DNA from: Eledone cirrhosa
Taxonomy: Eukaryota
NCBI GenBank assembly: GCA_964016885.1
Contig: OZ024745.1
Location: 18,786,001 to 18,850,000 of the forward strand
Direction: 5' to 3'
Length of the DNA: 64,000 nucleotides
Shown: positions 1 to 14,400 of the stretch, piece after piece
Layout of the letters: every line of letters begins with the position of its first letter
How positions within the stretch are numbered: position 1 is the first letter of the stretch
Position numbers and translations under genes: made by a program
The notes under the pieces: model-generated
The model's database searches: none
The model's input: the letters and a program-made list of their open reading frames with translations, nothing else
Told to the model about the DNA's origin: nothing

Positions 1-124
1 ATACATGCACACATATATATATGTACGTATGAGTTTACCGAACATTTATTATAATGCTCGGTTTGTGTGTAAAGAAACAACCCGAATTAAGCCGTACAGT
101 GTTCGGGAACCATCGTTGTTCAAC

Positions 125-209
125 ACAGACAAAGGAACGACGAACTAGTTTCTAGCTTATTAGCACTGTATACCTTCCTGTCATCAGCACCGTATACCTT
201 CCTGTCAGT
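125..209 (-). ncRNA. Type I hammerhead-like ribozyme copy, stem II disrupted by a short duplication
   Basis: Minus strand reads acggtg CTGATGA ... gctaataagcta GAAA ctag tt cgtcgt. A duplicated gtataccttcctgtca segment interrupts stem II. Confidence 0.5.
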
Positions 210-587
210 CGATTGAACGTTTGAAATTATATACTTTCCTTATGCATATTAACGGCTGAGTAACCTAATTTGCATATCGAGTGAGTTAGTCGGCCGGTCG
301 TACCGAAAACTATAATGAAAAAAAAAGGAAATTTCATTTCTCACTCTTAGTACGGCTGATACTTAAATATAAGTATGTATACGTACATACATATATATGT
401 ATATAGACGTACAGTAGTATGTATATATATATACATACATATACACATATATATGTGTACGTATGGGTTTACCGAACATTTATTATAATGCTCGGTTTGT
501 TTGTAAACAAACTCACTTGATATGCAAATTAAGCTACTCAGCCGTTAATATGCATAAGGAAAGTATATACTTTCAAACGTTCAATCG

Positions 588-658
588 ACTGACAGGAAGG
601 TATACGGTGCGGATGACAACTAATAAGCTAGAAACTAGTTCATCGTTCCTTTGTCAGT
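588..658 (+). ncRNA. Degenerate type I hammerhead ribozyme
   Basis: Sequence is acggtg-CGGATGA(core U4>G)-caactaataagcta-GAAA-ctag-TT-catcgt. Stem I acggtg/catcgt is extended by aagg/cctt and ctgaca/tgtcag. Stem III is the palindrome ACTAGT. Confidence 0.55.
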
Positions 659-1037
659 GTTGAACAAATGAGCAACGATGGTTGCCGAAGACTGTACGGC
701 TAATAACTCGGGCTGTTTGTTTACAAACACACCGAGCATTATAATAAACGTTCGGTAAAACCATACGTACATATATATATATATATGTGTACATGTATGT
801 ATGTATATACATACTACTGTACGTCTGTATACATATTCAATTTTGATATATTTTTTTTAATTGTGTCAATATTACGAATGTTGGTCGAAAGGGTCATATG
901 CTGAAATATTATGGTCCAGATGAAGTTTATTTTTTAACATAGTCCCTTGAAAGAAATAATGCATATATATAATCTGGATCCAGCTGTTGGAACAGTAAGG
1001 GCTCAACCGTCGGGTTCCTGACTCTCTATAATATATA

Positions 1038-1166
1038 TAGGAGAAAGTATGACCCTGACGGCAGATCTCAAGCCGTTTCGACGGCTATTTCTGGACGGCT
1101 ATTTCACTCCAGAAACAGCCGTCGAAACGGCTTGAGCTCTGTTGTCGGGGGTCATACATTTTCCTA
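1038..1166. repeat. About 130-bp hairpin between (TA)n tracts; the right part looks like the 3' half of a hammerhead
   Basis: Arms are gtatgaccctgacggcagatctcaagccgtttcgacggctatttctgga and tccagaaacagccgtcgaaacggcttgagctctgttgtcgggggtcatac. A one-arm copy lies at 29907-29959. Confidence 0.7.
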
Positions 1167-1187
1167 TATATATATATATGCCACCAG

Positions 1188-1228
<41 letters not shown>

Positions 1229-1279
1229 ACCAGTTTTCTGAGAAAATAACACCATATATATATATATATATATCAGTCA

Positions 1280-1348
1280 CAATGGACTGAACGCGAAACC
1301 ACCTGGCTGTGAAGTGCACTACTTAACCACAGAGCAATGCTCGCGCCT
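1280..1348 (-). mobile_element. tRNA-derived SINE head fragment
   Basis: Minus strand ggcgcgagcattgctctgtggttaag...gcgttcagtcc has Pol III A-box and B-box-like motifs. Confidence 0.5.
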
Positions 1349-2400
1349 ATAAGAAATTATTTTCATATATTTCCTTCTTTGTGACTATATATTGATTCGA
1401 TATATTGATACGTCCATCTTTTCGGTTCCGTTTTTCCCGTCCATTTAGTGATACCACTCTGTCCACAGCTATATTACGGTAAAAACATTAACGATGTTTT
1501 GTGTGGATTCGGAATCTTAAAGAAACCTCAGTGGACATATATACAAAACATGTAAAAGAGACAACGTTACCTTTGTACATGACAGGAGCCTTTTAGCCAT
1601 TGAATTGTGAATATCGGCTGTCATAGAGATTGACATGTGGCAACATAAAAACAGCAGTATATAATCATGTTCGAGTGGAATCTGAAGAAAACTCAAAGGC
1701 CATATTGTTTGATGTTGTATAAAACTTATATCTCGTGAGAAAACATTATTTTCAAACAGAAGGGGATATATTTGAGCTTTCCAACAAGGAACGATACAAC
1801 GAATGGCATATAATAGTGAGGTATAGAATACAGAAACATTTTGAATTAAATGAATTTATCAATCTAAAGAGAAATATCAAATTGAATATCGTTATCTGAT
1901 GCATGTCTTTCACAAGGAAGACAAATATCTGCTACCATTTCTACGTGATAGCCCTAAGAAAATGATATACACTCTAATATACATGCATTCATATATACGT
2001 GTGTGGTGGGGAGAGGAGAAGAATGTATGTGTCTGAATAAACTGAAATATTCAAAACGTAGAATAAAATGTGTCTCTAATTTAATTTGAAGTCTCACTAA
2101 CTGTTACTATTGTGCATACATCATAGTAACAGCAAGTCCTGAAAGACATGACAAAGCATTATCCAAATATGTTTAGATTGTAAAAGTCCCAAACACATCT
2201 TTTAAGAAAATAGTGATCTTCAGTAGAGTACACATCACCTTACATACTCTGCAATATCCGTTGTAGTATTTATCTCATCTAAAAGTTATGTGTTTTATTA
2301 CAGTATTTTAATATTTTAAATATAAAATCAGAATTTATGAATTTTTTCTGACATTCAAATATAGTTTTGCTACGATATCCCTTTCTTCCTTTTGTTACGC

Positions 2401-5400
2401 TTTCTTTTAGTAACAAATATTCCTCAATCTCGTCCTATCAACAAGTCTTTCTTTCAGTAACAGACACTGCTCAATCTCGTGCTATCAAGACATCAACAAG
2501 TCTTTCTTTCAGTAACAGATACTGCCCAATCTCGTCCTATCAAAACATAAGTCTTTACTTCAATAACAGATACTGCTCAATCTCGTCCTATCAAGACAGA
2601 AGTCTTTCTTTAAGTAACAGATACTGCTCAATCTCGTCCTATCAAGACAGAAGTCTTTCTTTCAGTAACAGATACTGCTCAATCTCGTCCTAGCAAGACA
2701 TAAGTCTTTCTTTCAGTAACAGATACTGCTCAATCTCGTCCTATCAAGGCATAAGTCATTCTTTCAGTAACAGATACTGCTCAATCTCGTCCTATCAAGA
2801 CATATGTCTTTCTTTCAGTAACAGATACTGCTCAATCTCGTCCTATCAAGACATATGTCTTTCTTTCAGTAACAGATACTGCTCAATCTCGTCCTATCAA
2901 GACAGAAGTCATTCTTTCAGTAACAGATACTGCTCAATCTCGTCCTATCAAGACAGAAGTCTTTCTTTCAGTAACAGATACTGCTCAATCTCGTCCTATC
3001 AAGGCATAAGTCTTTCTTTTAGTAACAGATACTGCTCAATCTCGTCCTAGCAAGACATAAGTCTTTCTTTCAGTAACAGATACTGCTCAATCTCGTCCTA
3101 TCAAGACATAAGTCTTTCTTTCAGTAACAGATACTGCTCAATCTCGTCCTATCAAGACATAAGTCTTTCTTTCAGTAACAGATACTGCTCAATCTCGTCC
3201 TATCAAGACAGAAGTCTTTCTTTCAGTAACAGATACTGCTTAATCTCGTCCTATCAAGACATAATACTTTCTTTCAGTAACAGATACTGCTCAATCTCGT
3301 CCTATCAAGACATAAGTCTTTCTTTCAGTAACAGATACTGCTCAATCTCGTCCTATCAAGACAGAAGTCTTTTTTCAGTAGCATATACTGCTCAATCTCG
3401 TCCTATCAAGACAGAAGTCTTTCTTTCAGTAACAGATACTGCTTAATCTCATCCTATCAAGACATAATACTTTCTTTCAGTAACAGATACTGCTCAATCT
3501 CGTCCTATCAAGTCATAAGTCTTTCTTTCAGTAACAGATTCTGCTCAATCTCGTCCTATCAAGAGAGAAGTCTTTCTTTCAGTAACAGATACTGCTTAAT
3601 CTCGTCCTATCAAGACATAAGTCTTTCTTTCAGTAACAGATTCTGCTCAATCTCGTCCTATCAAGACATAAGTCTTTCTTTCAGTAACAGATACTGCTTA
3701 ATCTCGTCCTAGCAAGGCATAAATCTTTCTTTCAGTAACAGATACTGCTCAATCTCGTGCTATCAAGACAGAAGTCTTTCTTTCAGTAACAGATAGTGCT
3801 CAATCTCGTCCTATCAAGACAGAAGTCTTTCTTTCAGTAACAGATAGTGCTCAATCTCGTCCTAGCAAGACATAAATCTTTCTTTCAGTAACAGATACTG
3901 CTCTATCTCGTCCTATCAAGACATAAGTCTTTCTTTCAGTAACAGATAGTGCTCAATCTCGTCCTAGCAAGACATAAATCTTTCTTTCAGTAACAGATAC
4001 TGCTCAATCTCGTCCTATCAAGACATAAGTCTTTCTTTCAGTAACAGATAGTGCTCAATCTCGTCCTATCAAGACATAAATCTTTCTTTCAGTAACAGAT
4101 ACTGCTCAATCTCGTCCTATCAACACAGAAGTCTTTCTTTCAGTAACAGATACTGCTCAATCTCGTCCTATCAAGACAGAAGTCTTTCTTTCAGTAACAG
4201 ATAGTGCTCAATCTCGTCCTAGCAAGACATAAATCTTTCTTTCAGTAACAGATACTGCTCAATCTCGTCCTATCAAGACATAATACTTTCTTTCAGTAAC
4301 AGATACTGCTCAATCTCGTCCTATCAAGACATAAGTCTTTCTTTCAGTAACAGATACTGCTCAATCTCGTCCTATCAAGACAGAAGTCTTTCTTTCAGTA
4401 GCAGATACTGCTCAATCTCGTCCTATCAAGACATAAGTAGGACGAGAATGAGCAGTATCTGTTACTGAAAGAAATATTTATGTCTTTCTTTCAGTAACGG
4501 ATACTGCTCAATCTCGTCCTATCAAGACATAAATCTTTCTTTCAGTAACAGATACTGCTCAATCTTGTCCTATCAAGACATAAACCTTTCTTTCAGTAAC
4601 AGATACTACTCAATCTTGTCCTATCAAGACATAAACCTTTCTTTCAGTAACAGATACTGCTCAATCTTGTCCTATCAAGACATAAACCTTTCTTTCAGTA
4701 ACAGATACTGCTCAATCTTGTCCTATCAAGACATAAGTCTTTCTTTCAGTAACAGATACTGCTCACTCTTGTCCTATCAAGACATAAACCTTTCTTTCAG
4801 TAACAGATACTGCTCAATCTCGTCCTATCAAGACATAAACCTTTCTTTCAGTAACAGATACTGCTCATTCTCGTCCTATCAAGACATGAATCTTTCTTTC
4901 AGTAACAGATACTACTCAATCTCGTCCTATCAAGACAGAAGTTTTTCTTTCAGTAGCAGATACTGCTCAATCTGGTCCTATCAAGACATAAGTAGGACGA
5001 CAATGAGCAGTATCTGTTACTGAAAGAAGTATTTATGTCTTTCTTTCAGTAACGGATACTGCTCAATCTCGTCCTATCAAGACATAAATCTTTCTTTCAG
5101 TAACAGATACTGCTCAATCTTGTCCTATCAAGACATAAACCTTTCTTTCAGTAACAGATACTGCTCAATCTCGTCCTATCAAGACATAAACCTTTCTTTC
5201 AGTAACAGATACTGCTCATTCTCGTCCTATCAAGACATAAATCTTTCTTTCAGTAACAGATACTACTCAATCTCGTCCTATCAAGACAGAAGTCTTTCTT
5301 TCAGTAACAGATACTGCTCAATCTCGTCCTATCAAGACATAAGTCTTTCTCTCAGTAACAGATACTGCTCAATCTCGTCCTATCAAGACAGAAGTCTTTC

Positions 5401-8400
5401 TTTCAGTAACAGATACTGCTCAATCTCGTCCTATCAAGACAGAAGTCTTTCTTTCAGTAACAGATACTGCTCAATCTCGTCCTATCAAGACATAAGACTT
5501 TCTTTCAGTAACAGATACTGCTCAATCTCGTTCTATCAAGACATAATTCTTTCTTTCAGTAACAGATACTGCTCATTCTCGTCCTATCAAGACATAAATC
5601 TTTTTTCAGTAACAGATACTGCTCAATCTCGTCCTATCAAGACAGAAGTCTTTCTTTCAGTAACAGATACTGCTCAATCTCGTCCTATCAAGACAGAAGT
5701 CTTTCTTTCAGTAACAGATACTGCTCAATCTCGTCCTATCAAGACATAAGACTTTCTTTCAGTAACAGATACTGCTCAATCTCGTTCTATCAAGACATAA
5801 TTCTTTCTTTCAGTAACAGATACTGCTCAATCTCGTCCTATCAAGACATAAGTCTTTCTTTCAATAACAGATACTGCTCAATCTCGTCCTATCAAGGCAT
5901 AAGTCTTTTTTCAGTAACAGATACTGCTCAATGTCGTTCTATCAAGACATAAATCTTTCTTTCAGTAACACATACTGCTCAATCACGTCCTATCAAGACA
6001 TAAGTCTTTCTTTCAGTAACAGATACTGCTCAATCTCGTCCTATCAAGACATAAGACTTTCTTTCAGTAACAGATACTGCTCAATCTCGTCCTATGAAGA
6101 CATAAGTCTTTCTCTCAGTAACAGATACTGCTCAATCTCGTCCTATCAAGACGTAAGTCTTTCTTTCAGTAACAGATACTGCTCAATCTCGTCCTATCAA
6201 GACAGAAGTCTTTCCTTCAGTAACAGATACTGCTCAATCTCGTCCTATCAAGACATAAGTCTTTCTTTCAGTAACAGATACTGCTCAATCTCGTCCTATC
6301 AAGACATAAGTCTTTCCTTCAGTAACAGATACTGCTCAATCTCGTCCTATCAAGACATAAGTCTTTCTTTCAGTAACAGATACTGCTCAATCTCGTCCTA
6401 TCACGACATAAGTCTTTCTTTCAGTAACAGATACTGCTCATTCTCGTGCTATCAAGACATAAGTCTTTCTTTCAGTAACAGATACTGCTCATTCTCGTCC
6501 TATCAAGACATAAGTCTCTCTTTCAGTAACAGATACTGCTCAATCTCGTGCTATCAAGACAGAAGTCTTTCTTTCAGTAACAGATAGTGCTCAATCTCGT
6601 CCTATCAAGACAGAAGTCTTTCTTTCAGTAACAGATAGTGCTCAATCTCGTCCTAGCAAGACATAAATCTTTCTTTCAGTAACAGATACTGCTCAATCTC
6701 GTCCTATCAAGACAGAAGTCTTTCTTTCAGTAACAGATACTGCTTAATCTCATCCTATCAAGACATAATACTTTCTTTCAGTAACAGATACTGCTCAATC
6801 TCGTCCTATCAAGTCATAAGTCTTTCTTTCAGTAACAGATTCTGCTCAATCTCGTCCTATCAAGAGAGAAGTCTTTCTTTCAGTAACAGATACTGCTTAA
6901 TCTCGTCCTATCAAGACATAAGTCTTTCTTTCAGTAACAGATTCTGCTCAATCTCGTCCTATCAAGACATAAGTCTTTCTTTCAGTAACAGATACTGCTT
7001 AATCTCGTCCTAGCAAGGCATAAATCTTTCTTTCAGTAACAGATACTGCTCAATCTCGTGCTATCAAGACAGAAGTCTTTCTTTCAGTAACAGATAGTGC
7101 TCAATCTCGTCCTATCAAGACAGAAGTCTTTCTTTCAGTAACAGATAGTGCTCAATCTCGTCCTAGCAAGACATAAATCTTTCTTTCAGTAACAGATACT
7201 GCTCTATCTCGTCCTATCAAGACATAAGTCTTTCTTTCAGTAACAGATAGTGCTCAATCTCGTCCTAGCAAGACATAAATCTTTCTTTCAGTAACAGATA
7301 CTGCTCAATCTCGTCCTATCAAGACATAAGTCTTTCTTTCAGTAACAGATAGTGCTCAATCTCGTCCTATCAAGACATAAATCTTTCTTTCAGTAACAGA
7401 TACTGCTCAATCTCGTCCTATCAACACAGAAGTCTTTCTTTCAGTAACAGATACTGCTCAATCTCGTCCTATCAAGACAGAAGTCTTTCTTTCAGTAACA
7501 GATAGTGCTCAATCTCGTCCTAGCAAGACATAAATCTTTCTTTCAGTAACAGATACTGCTCAATCTCGTCCTATCAAGACATAATACTTTCTTTCAGTAA
7601 CAGATACTGCTCAATCTCGTCCTATCAAGACATAAGTCTTTCTTTCAGTAACAGATACTGCTCAATCTCGTCCTATCAAGACAGAGGTCTTTCTTTCAGT
7701 AGCAGATACTGCTCAATCTCGTCCTATCAAGACATAAGTAGGACGAGAATGAGCAGTATCTGTTACTGAAAGAAATATTTATGTCTTTCTTTCAGTAACG
7801 GATACTGCTCAATCTCGTCCTATCAAGACATAAATCTTTCTTTCAGTAACAGATACTGCTCAATCTTGTCCTATCAAGACATAAACCTTTCTTTCAGTAA
7901 CAGATACTACTCAATCTTGTCCTATCAAGACATAAACCTTTCTTTCAGTAACAGATACTGCTCAATCTTGTCCTATCAAGACATAAACCTTTCTTTCAGT
8001 AACAGATACTGCTCAATCTTGTCCTATCAAGACATAAGTCTTTCTTTCAGTAACAGATACTGCTCACTCTTGTCCTATCAAGACATAAACCTTTCTTTCA
8101 GTAACAGATACTGCTCAATCTCGTCCTATCAAGACATAAACCTTTCTTTCAGTAACAGATACTGCTCATTCTCGTCCTATCAAGACATGAATCTTTCTTT
8201 CAGTAACAGATACTACTCAATCTCGTCCTATCAAGACAGAAGTCTTTCTTTCAGTAGCAGATACTGCTCAATCTGGTCCTATCAAGACATAAGTAGGACG
8301 ACAATGAGCAGTATCTGTTACTGAAAGAAGTATTTATGTCTTTCTTTCAGTAACGGATACTGCTCAATCTCGTCCTATCAAGACATAAATCTTTCTTTCA

Positions 8401-11400
8401 GTAACAGATACTGCTCAATCTTGTCCTATCAAGACATAAACCTTTCTTTCAGTAACAGATACTGCTCAATCTCGTCCTATCAAGACATAAACCTTTCTTT
8501 CAGTAACAGATACTGCTCATTCTCGTCCTATCAAGACATAAATCTTTCTTTCAGTAACAGATACTACTCAATCTCGTCCTATCAAGACAGAAGTCTTTCT
8601 TTCAGTAACAGATACTGCTCAATCTCGTCCTATCAAGACATAAGTCTTTCTCTCAGTAACAGATACTGCTCAATCTCGTCCTATCAAGACAGAAGTCTTT
8701 CTTTCAGTAACAGATACTGCTCAATCTCGTCCTATCAAGACAGAAGTCTTTCTTTCAGTAACAGATACTGCTCAATCTCGTCCTATCAAGACATAAGACT
8801 TTCTTTCAGTAACAGATACTGCTCAATCTCGTTCTATCAAGACATAATTCTTTCTTTCAGTAACAGATACTGCTCATTCTCGTCCTATCAAGACATAAAT
8901 CTTTTTTCAGTAACAGATACTGCTCAATCTCGTCCTATCAAGACAGAAGTCTTTCTTTCAGTAACAGATACTGCTCAATCTCGTCCTATCAAGACAGAAG
9001 TCTTTCTTTCAGTAACAGATACTGCTCAATCTCGTCCTATCAAGACAGAAGTCTTTCTTTCAGTAACAGATACTGCTCAATCTCGTCCTATCAAGACATA
9101 AGACTTTCTTTCAGTAACAGATACTGCTCAATCTCGTCCTATCAAGACATAAGTCTTTCTCTCAGTAACAGATACTGCTCAATCTCGTCCTATCAAGACG
9201 TAAGTCTTTCTTTCAGTAACAGATACTGCTCAATCTCGTCCTATCAAGACAGAAGTCTTTCCTTCAGTAACAGATACTGCTCAATCTCGTCCTATCAAGA
9301 CATAAGTCTTTCTTTCAGTAACAGATACTGCTCATTCTCGTGCTATCAAGACATAAGTCTTTCTTTCAGTAACAGATACTGCTCATTCTCGTCCTATCAA
9401 GACATAAGTCTCTCTTTCAGTAACAGATACTGCTCAATCTCATCCTATCAAGACATAAGTCTTTCGTTCAGTAACAGATACTGCTCAATCTCGTCCTATC
9501 AAGACATAAGACTTTCTTTCAGTAACAGATACTGCTCAATCTCGTTCTATCAAGACATAATTCTTTCTTTCAGTAACAGATACTGCTCAATCTCGTCCTA
9601 TCAAGACATAAGTCTTTCTTTCAATAACAGATACTGCTCAATCTCGTCCTATCAAGACAGAAGTCTTTCTTTCAGTAACAGATACTGCTCAATCTCGTCC
9701 TATCAAGACAGAAGTCTTTCTTTCAGTAACAGATACTGCTCAATCTCGTCCTATCAAGACATAAGACTTTCTTTCAGTAACAGATACTGCTCAATCTCGT
9801 TCTATCAAGACATAATTCTTTCTTTCAGTAACAGATACTGCTCATTCTCGTCCTATCAAGACATAAATCTTTTTTCAGTAACAGATACTGCTCAATCTCG
9901 TCCTATCAAGACAGAAGTCTTTCTTTCAGTAACAGATACTGCTCAATCTCGTCCTATCAAGACAGAAGTCTTTCTTTCAGTAACAGATACTGCTCAATCT
10001 CGTCCTATCAAGACAGAAGTCTTTCTTTCAGTAACAGATACTGCTCAATCTCGTCCTATCAAGACATAAGACTTTCTTTCAGTAACAGATACTGCTCAAT
10101 CTCGTTCTATCAAGACATAATTCTTTCTTTCAGTAACAGATACTGCTCAATCTCGTCCTATCAAGACATAAGTCTTTCTTTCAATAACAGATACTGCTCA
10201 ATATCGTCCTATCAAGGCATAAGTCTTTTTTCAGTAACAGATACTGCTCAATGTCGTTCTATCAAGACATAAATCTTTCTTTCAGTAACACATACTGCTC
10301 AATCACGTCCTATCAAGACATAAGTCTTTCTTTCAGTAACAGATACTGCTCAATCTCGTCCTATCAAGACATAAGACTTTCTTTCAGTAACAGATACTGC
10401 TCAATCTCGTCCTATCAAGACATAAGTCTTTCTCTCAGTAACAGTTACTGCTCAATCTCGTCCTATCAAGACGTAAGTCTTTCTTTCAGTAACAGATACT
10501 GCTCAATCTCGTCCTATCAAGACAGAAGTCTTTCCTTCAGTAACAGATACTGCTCAATCTCGTCCTATCAAGACATAAGTCTTTCTTTCAGTAACAGATA
10601 CTGCTCAATCTCGTCCTATCAAGAGATAAGTCTTTCCTTCAGTAACAGATACTGCTCAATCTCGTCCTATCAAGACATAAGTCTTTCTTTCAGTAACAGA
10701 TACTGCTCAATCTCGTCCTATCACGACATAAGTCTTTCTTTCAGTAACAGATACTGCTCATTCTCGTGCTATCAAGACATAAGTCTTTCTTTCAGTAACA
10801 GATACTGCTCATTCTCGTCCTATCAAGACATAAGTCTCTCTTTCAGTAACAGATACTGCTCAATCTCGTGCTATCAAGACAGAAGTCTTTCTTTCAGTAA
10901 CAGATAGTGCTCAATCTCGTCCTATCAAGACAGAAGTCTTTCTTTCAGTAACAGATAGTGCTCAATCTCGTCCTAGCAAGACATAAATCTTTCTTTCAGT
11001 AACAGATACTGCTCTATCTCGTCCTATCAAGACATAAGTCTTTCTTTCAGTAACAGATACTGCTTAATCTCATCCTATCAAGACATAATACTTTCTTTCA
11101 GTAACAGATACTGCTCAATCTCGTCCTATCAAGACATAAGTCTTTCTTTCAGTAACAGATACTGCTTAATCTCGTCCTAGCAAGGCATAAATCTTTCTTT
11201 CAGTAACAGATACTGCTCAATCTCGTGCTATCAAGACAGAAGTCTTTCTTTCAGTAACAGATAGTGCTCAATCTCGTCCTATCAAGACAGAAGTCTTTCT
11301 TTCAGTAACAGATAGTGCTCAATCTCGTCCTAGCAAGACATAAATCTTTCTTTCAGTAACAGATACTGCTCTATCTCGTCCTATCAAGACATAAGTCTTT

Positions 11401-14400
11401 CTTTCAGTAACAGATAGTGCTCAATCTCGTCCTAGCAAGACATAAATCTTTCTTTCAGTAACAGATACTGCTCAATCTCGTCCTATCAAGACATAAGTCT
11501 TTCTTTCAGTAACAGATAGTGCTCAATCTCGTCCTATCAAGACATAAATCTTTCTTTCAGTAACAGATACTGCTCAATCTCGTCCTATCAACACAGAAGT
11601 CTTTCTTTCAGTAACAGATACTGCTCAATCTCGTCCTATCAAGACAGAAGTCTTTCTTTCAGTAACAGATAGTGCTCAATCTCGTCCTAGCAAGACATAA
11701 ATCTTTCTTTCAGTAACAGATACTGCTCAATCTCGTCCTATCAAGACATAATACTTTCTTTCAGTAACAGATACTGCTCAATCTCGTCCTATCAAGACAT
11801 AAGTCTTTCTTTCAGTAACAGATACTGCTCAATCTCGTCCTATCAAGACAGAAGTCTTTCTTTCAGTAGCAGATACTGCTCAATCTCGTCCTATCAAGAC
11901 ATAAGTAGGACGAGAATGAGCAGTATCTGTTACTGAAAGAAATATTTATGTCTTTCTTTCAGTAACGGATACTGCTCAATCTCGTCCTATCAAGACATAA
12001 ATCTTTCTTTCAGTAACAGATACTGCTCAATCTTGTCCTATCAAGACATAAACCTTTCTTTCAGTAACAGATACTACTCAATCTTGTCCTATCAAGACAT
12101 AAACCTTTCTTTCAGTAACAGATACTGCTCAATCTTGTCCTATCAAGACATAAACCTTTCTTTCAGTAACAGATACTGCTCAATCTTGTCCTATCAAGAC
12201 ATAAGTCTTTCTTTCAGTAACAGATACTGCTCACTCTTGTCCTATCAAGACATAAACCTTTCTTTCAGTAACAGATACTGCTCAATCTCGTCCTATCAAG
12301 ACATAAACCTTTCTTTCAGTAACAGATACTGCTCATTCTCGTCCTATCAAGACATGAATCTTTCTTTCAGTAACAGATACTACTCAATCTCGTCCTATCA
12401 AGACAGAAGTCTTTCTTTCAGTAGCAGATACTGCTCAATCTGGTCCTATCAAGACATAAGTAGGACGACAATGAGCAGTATCTGTTACTGAAAGAAGTAT
12501 TTATGTCTTTCTTTCAGTAACGGATACTGCTCAATCTCGTCCTATCAAGACATAAATCTTTCTTTCAGTAACAGATACTGCTCAATCTTGTCCTATCAAG
12601 ACATAAACCTTTCTTTCAGTAACAGATACTGCTCAATCTCGTCCTATCAAGACATAAACCTTTCTTTCAGTAACAGATACTGCTCATTCTCGTCCTATCA
12701 AGACATAAATCTTTCTTTCAGTAACAGATACTACTCAATCTCGTCCTATCAAGACAGAAGTCTTTCTTTCAGTAACAGATACTGCTCAATCTCGTCCTAT
12801 CAAGACATAAGTCTTTCTCTCAGTAGCAGATACTGCTCAATCTCGTCCTATCAAGACAGAAGTCTTTCTTTCAGTAACAGATACTGCTCAATCTCGTCCT
12901 ATCAAGACAGAAGTCTTTCTTTCAGTAACAGATACTGCTCAATCTCGTCCTATCAAGACATAAGACTTTCTTTCAGTAACAGATACTGCTCAATCTCGTT
13001 CTATCAAGACATAATTCTTTCTTTCAGTAACAGATACTGCTCATTCTCGTCCTATCAAGACATAAATCTTTTTTCAGTAACAGATACTGCTCAATCTCGT
13101 CCTATCAAGACAGAAGTCTTTCTTTCAGTAACAGATACTGCTCAATCTCGTCCTATCAAGACAGAAGTCTTTCTTTCAGTAACAGATACTGCTCAATCTC
13201 GTCCTATCAAGACAGAAGTCTTTCTTTCAGTAACAGATACTGCTCAATCTCGTCCTATCAAGACATAAGACTTTCTTTCAGTAACAGATACTGCTCAATC
13301 TCGTTCTATCAAGACATAATTCTTTCTTTCAGTAACAGATACTGCTCAATCTCGTCCTATCAAGACATAAGTCTTTCTTTCAATAACAGATACTGCTCAA
13401 TCTCGTCCTATCAAGGCATAAGTCTTTTTTCAGTAACAGATACTGCTCAATGTCGTTCTATCAAGACATAAATCTTTCTTTCAGTAACACATACTGCTCA
13501 ATCACGTCCTATCAAGACATAAGTCTTTCTTTCAGTAACAGATACTGCTCAATCTCGTCCTATCAAGACATAAGACTTTCTTTCAGTAACAGATACTGCT
13601 CAATCTCGTCCTATCAAGACATAAGTCTTTCTCTCAGTAACAGATACTGCTCAATCTCGTCCTATCAAGACGTAAGTCTTTCTTTCAGTAACAGATACTG
13701 CTCAATCTCGTCCTATCAAGACAGAAGTCTTTCCTTCAGTAACAGATACTGCTCAATCTCGTCCTATCAAGACATAAGTCTTTCTTTCAGTAACAGATAC
13801 TGCTCAATCTCGTCCTATCAAGACATAAGTCTTTCCTTCAGTAACAGATACTGCTCAATCTCGTCCTATCAAGACATAAGTCTTTCTTTCAGTAACAGAT
13901 ACTGCTCACTCTCGTCCTATCAAGACATAAGTCTTTCTTTCAGTAACAGATACTGCTCATTCTCGTGCTATCAAGACATAAGTCTTTCTTTCAGTAACAG
14001 ATACTGCTCATTCTCGTCCTATCAAGACATAAGTCTCTCTTTCAGTAACAGATACTGCTCAATCTCATCCTATCAAGACATAAGTCTTTCTTTCAGTAAC
14101 ACATACTGCTCAATCTCGTCCTATCAAGACATAAGTCTTTCTTTCAGTAACAGATACTGCTCAATCTCGTCCTATCAAGACATAAGTCTTTCTTTCAGTA
14201 ACACATACTGCTCAATCTCGTCCTATCAAGACGGAAGTCTTTCTTTCAGTAACAGATACTGCTCAATCTCGTCCTATCAAGACATAAGTCTTTCTCTCAG
14301 TAACAGATACTGCTCATTCTCGTCCTATCAAGACATAAATCTTTCTTTCAGTAACAGATACTGCTCAATCTCGTCCTATCAAGACATAAGACTTTCTTTC

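Larger units (their letters stand above)
1..830. mobile_element. Fold-back repeat cluster carrying hammerhead-like motifs, probably Penelope-like element terminal (pLTR) remnants
   Basis: 1-286 is the reverse complement of about 508-800. About 401-510 is the reverse complement of about 715-830. The cluster is flanked by (TA)/(TACA) repeats and both copies carry a hammerhead-like core. Confidence 0.6.
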
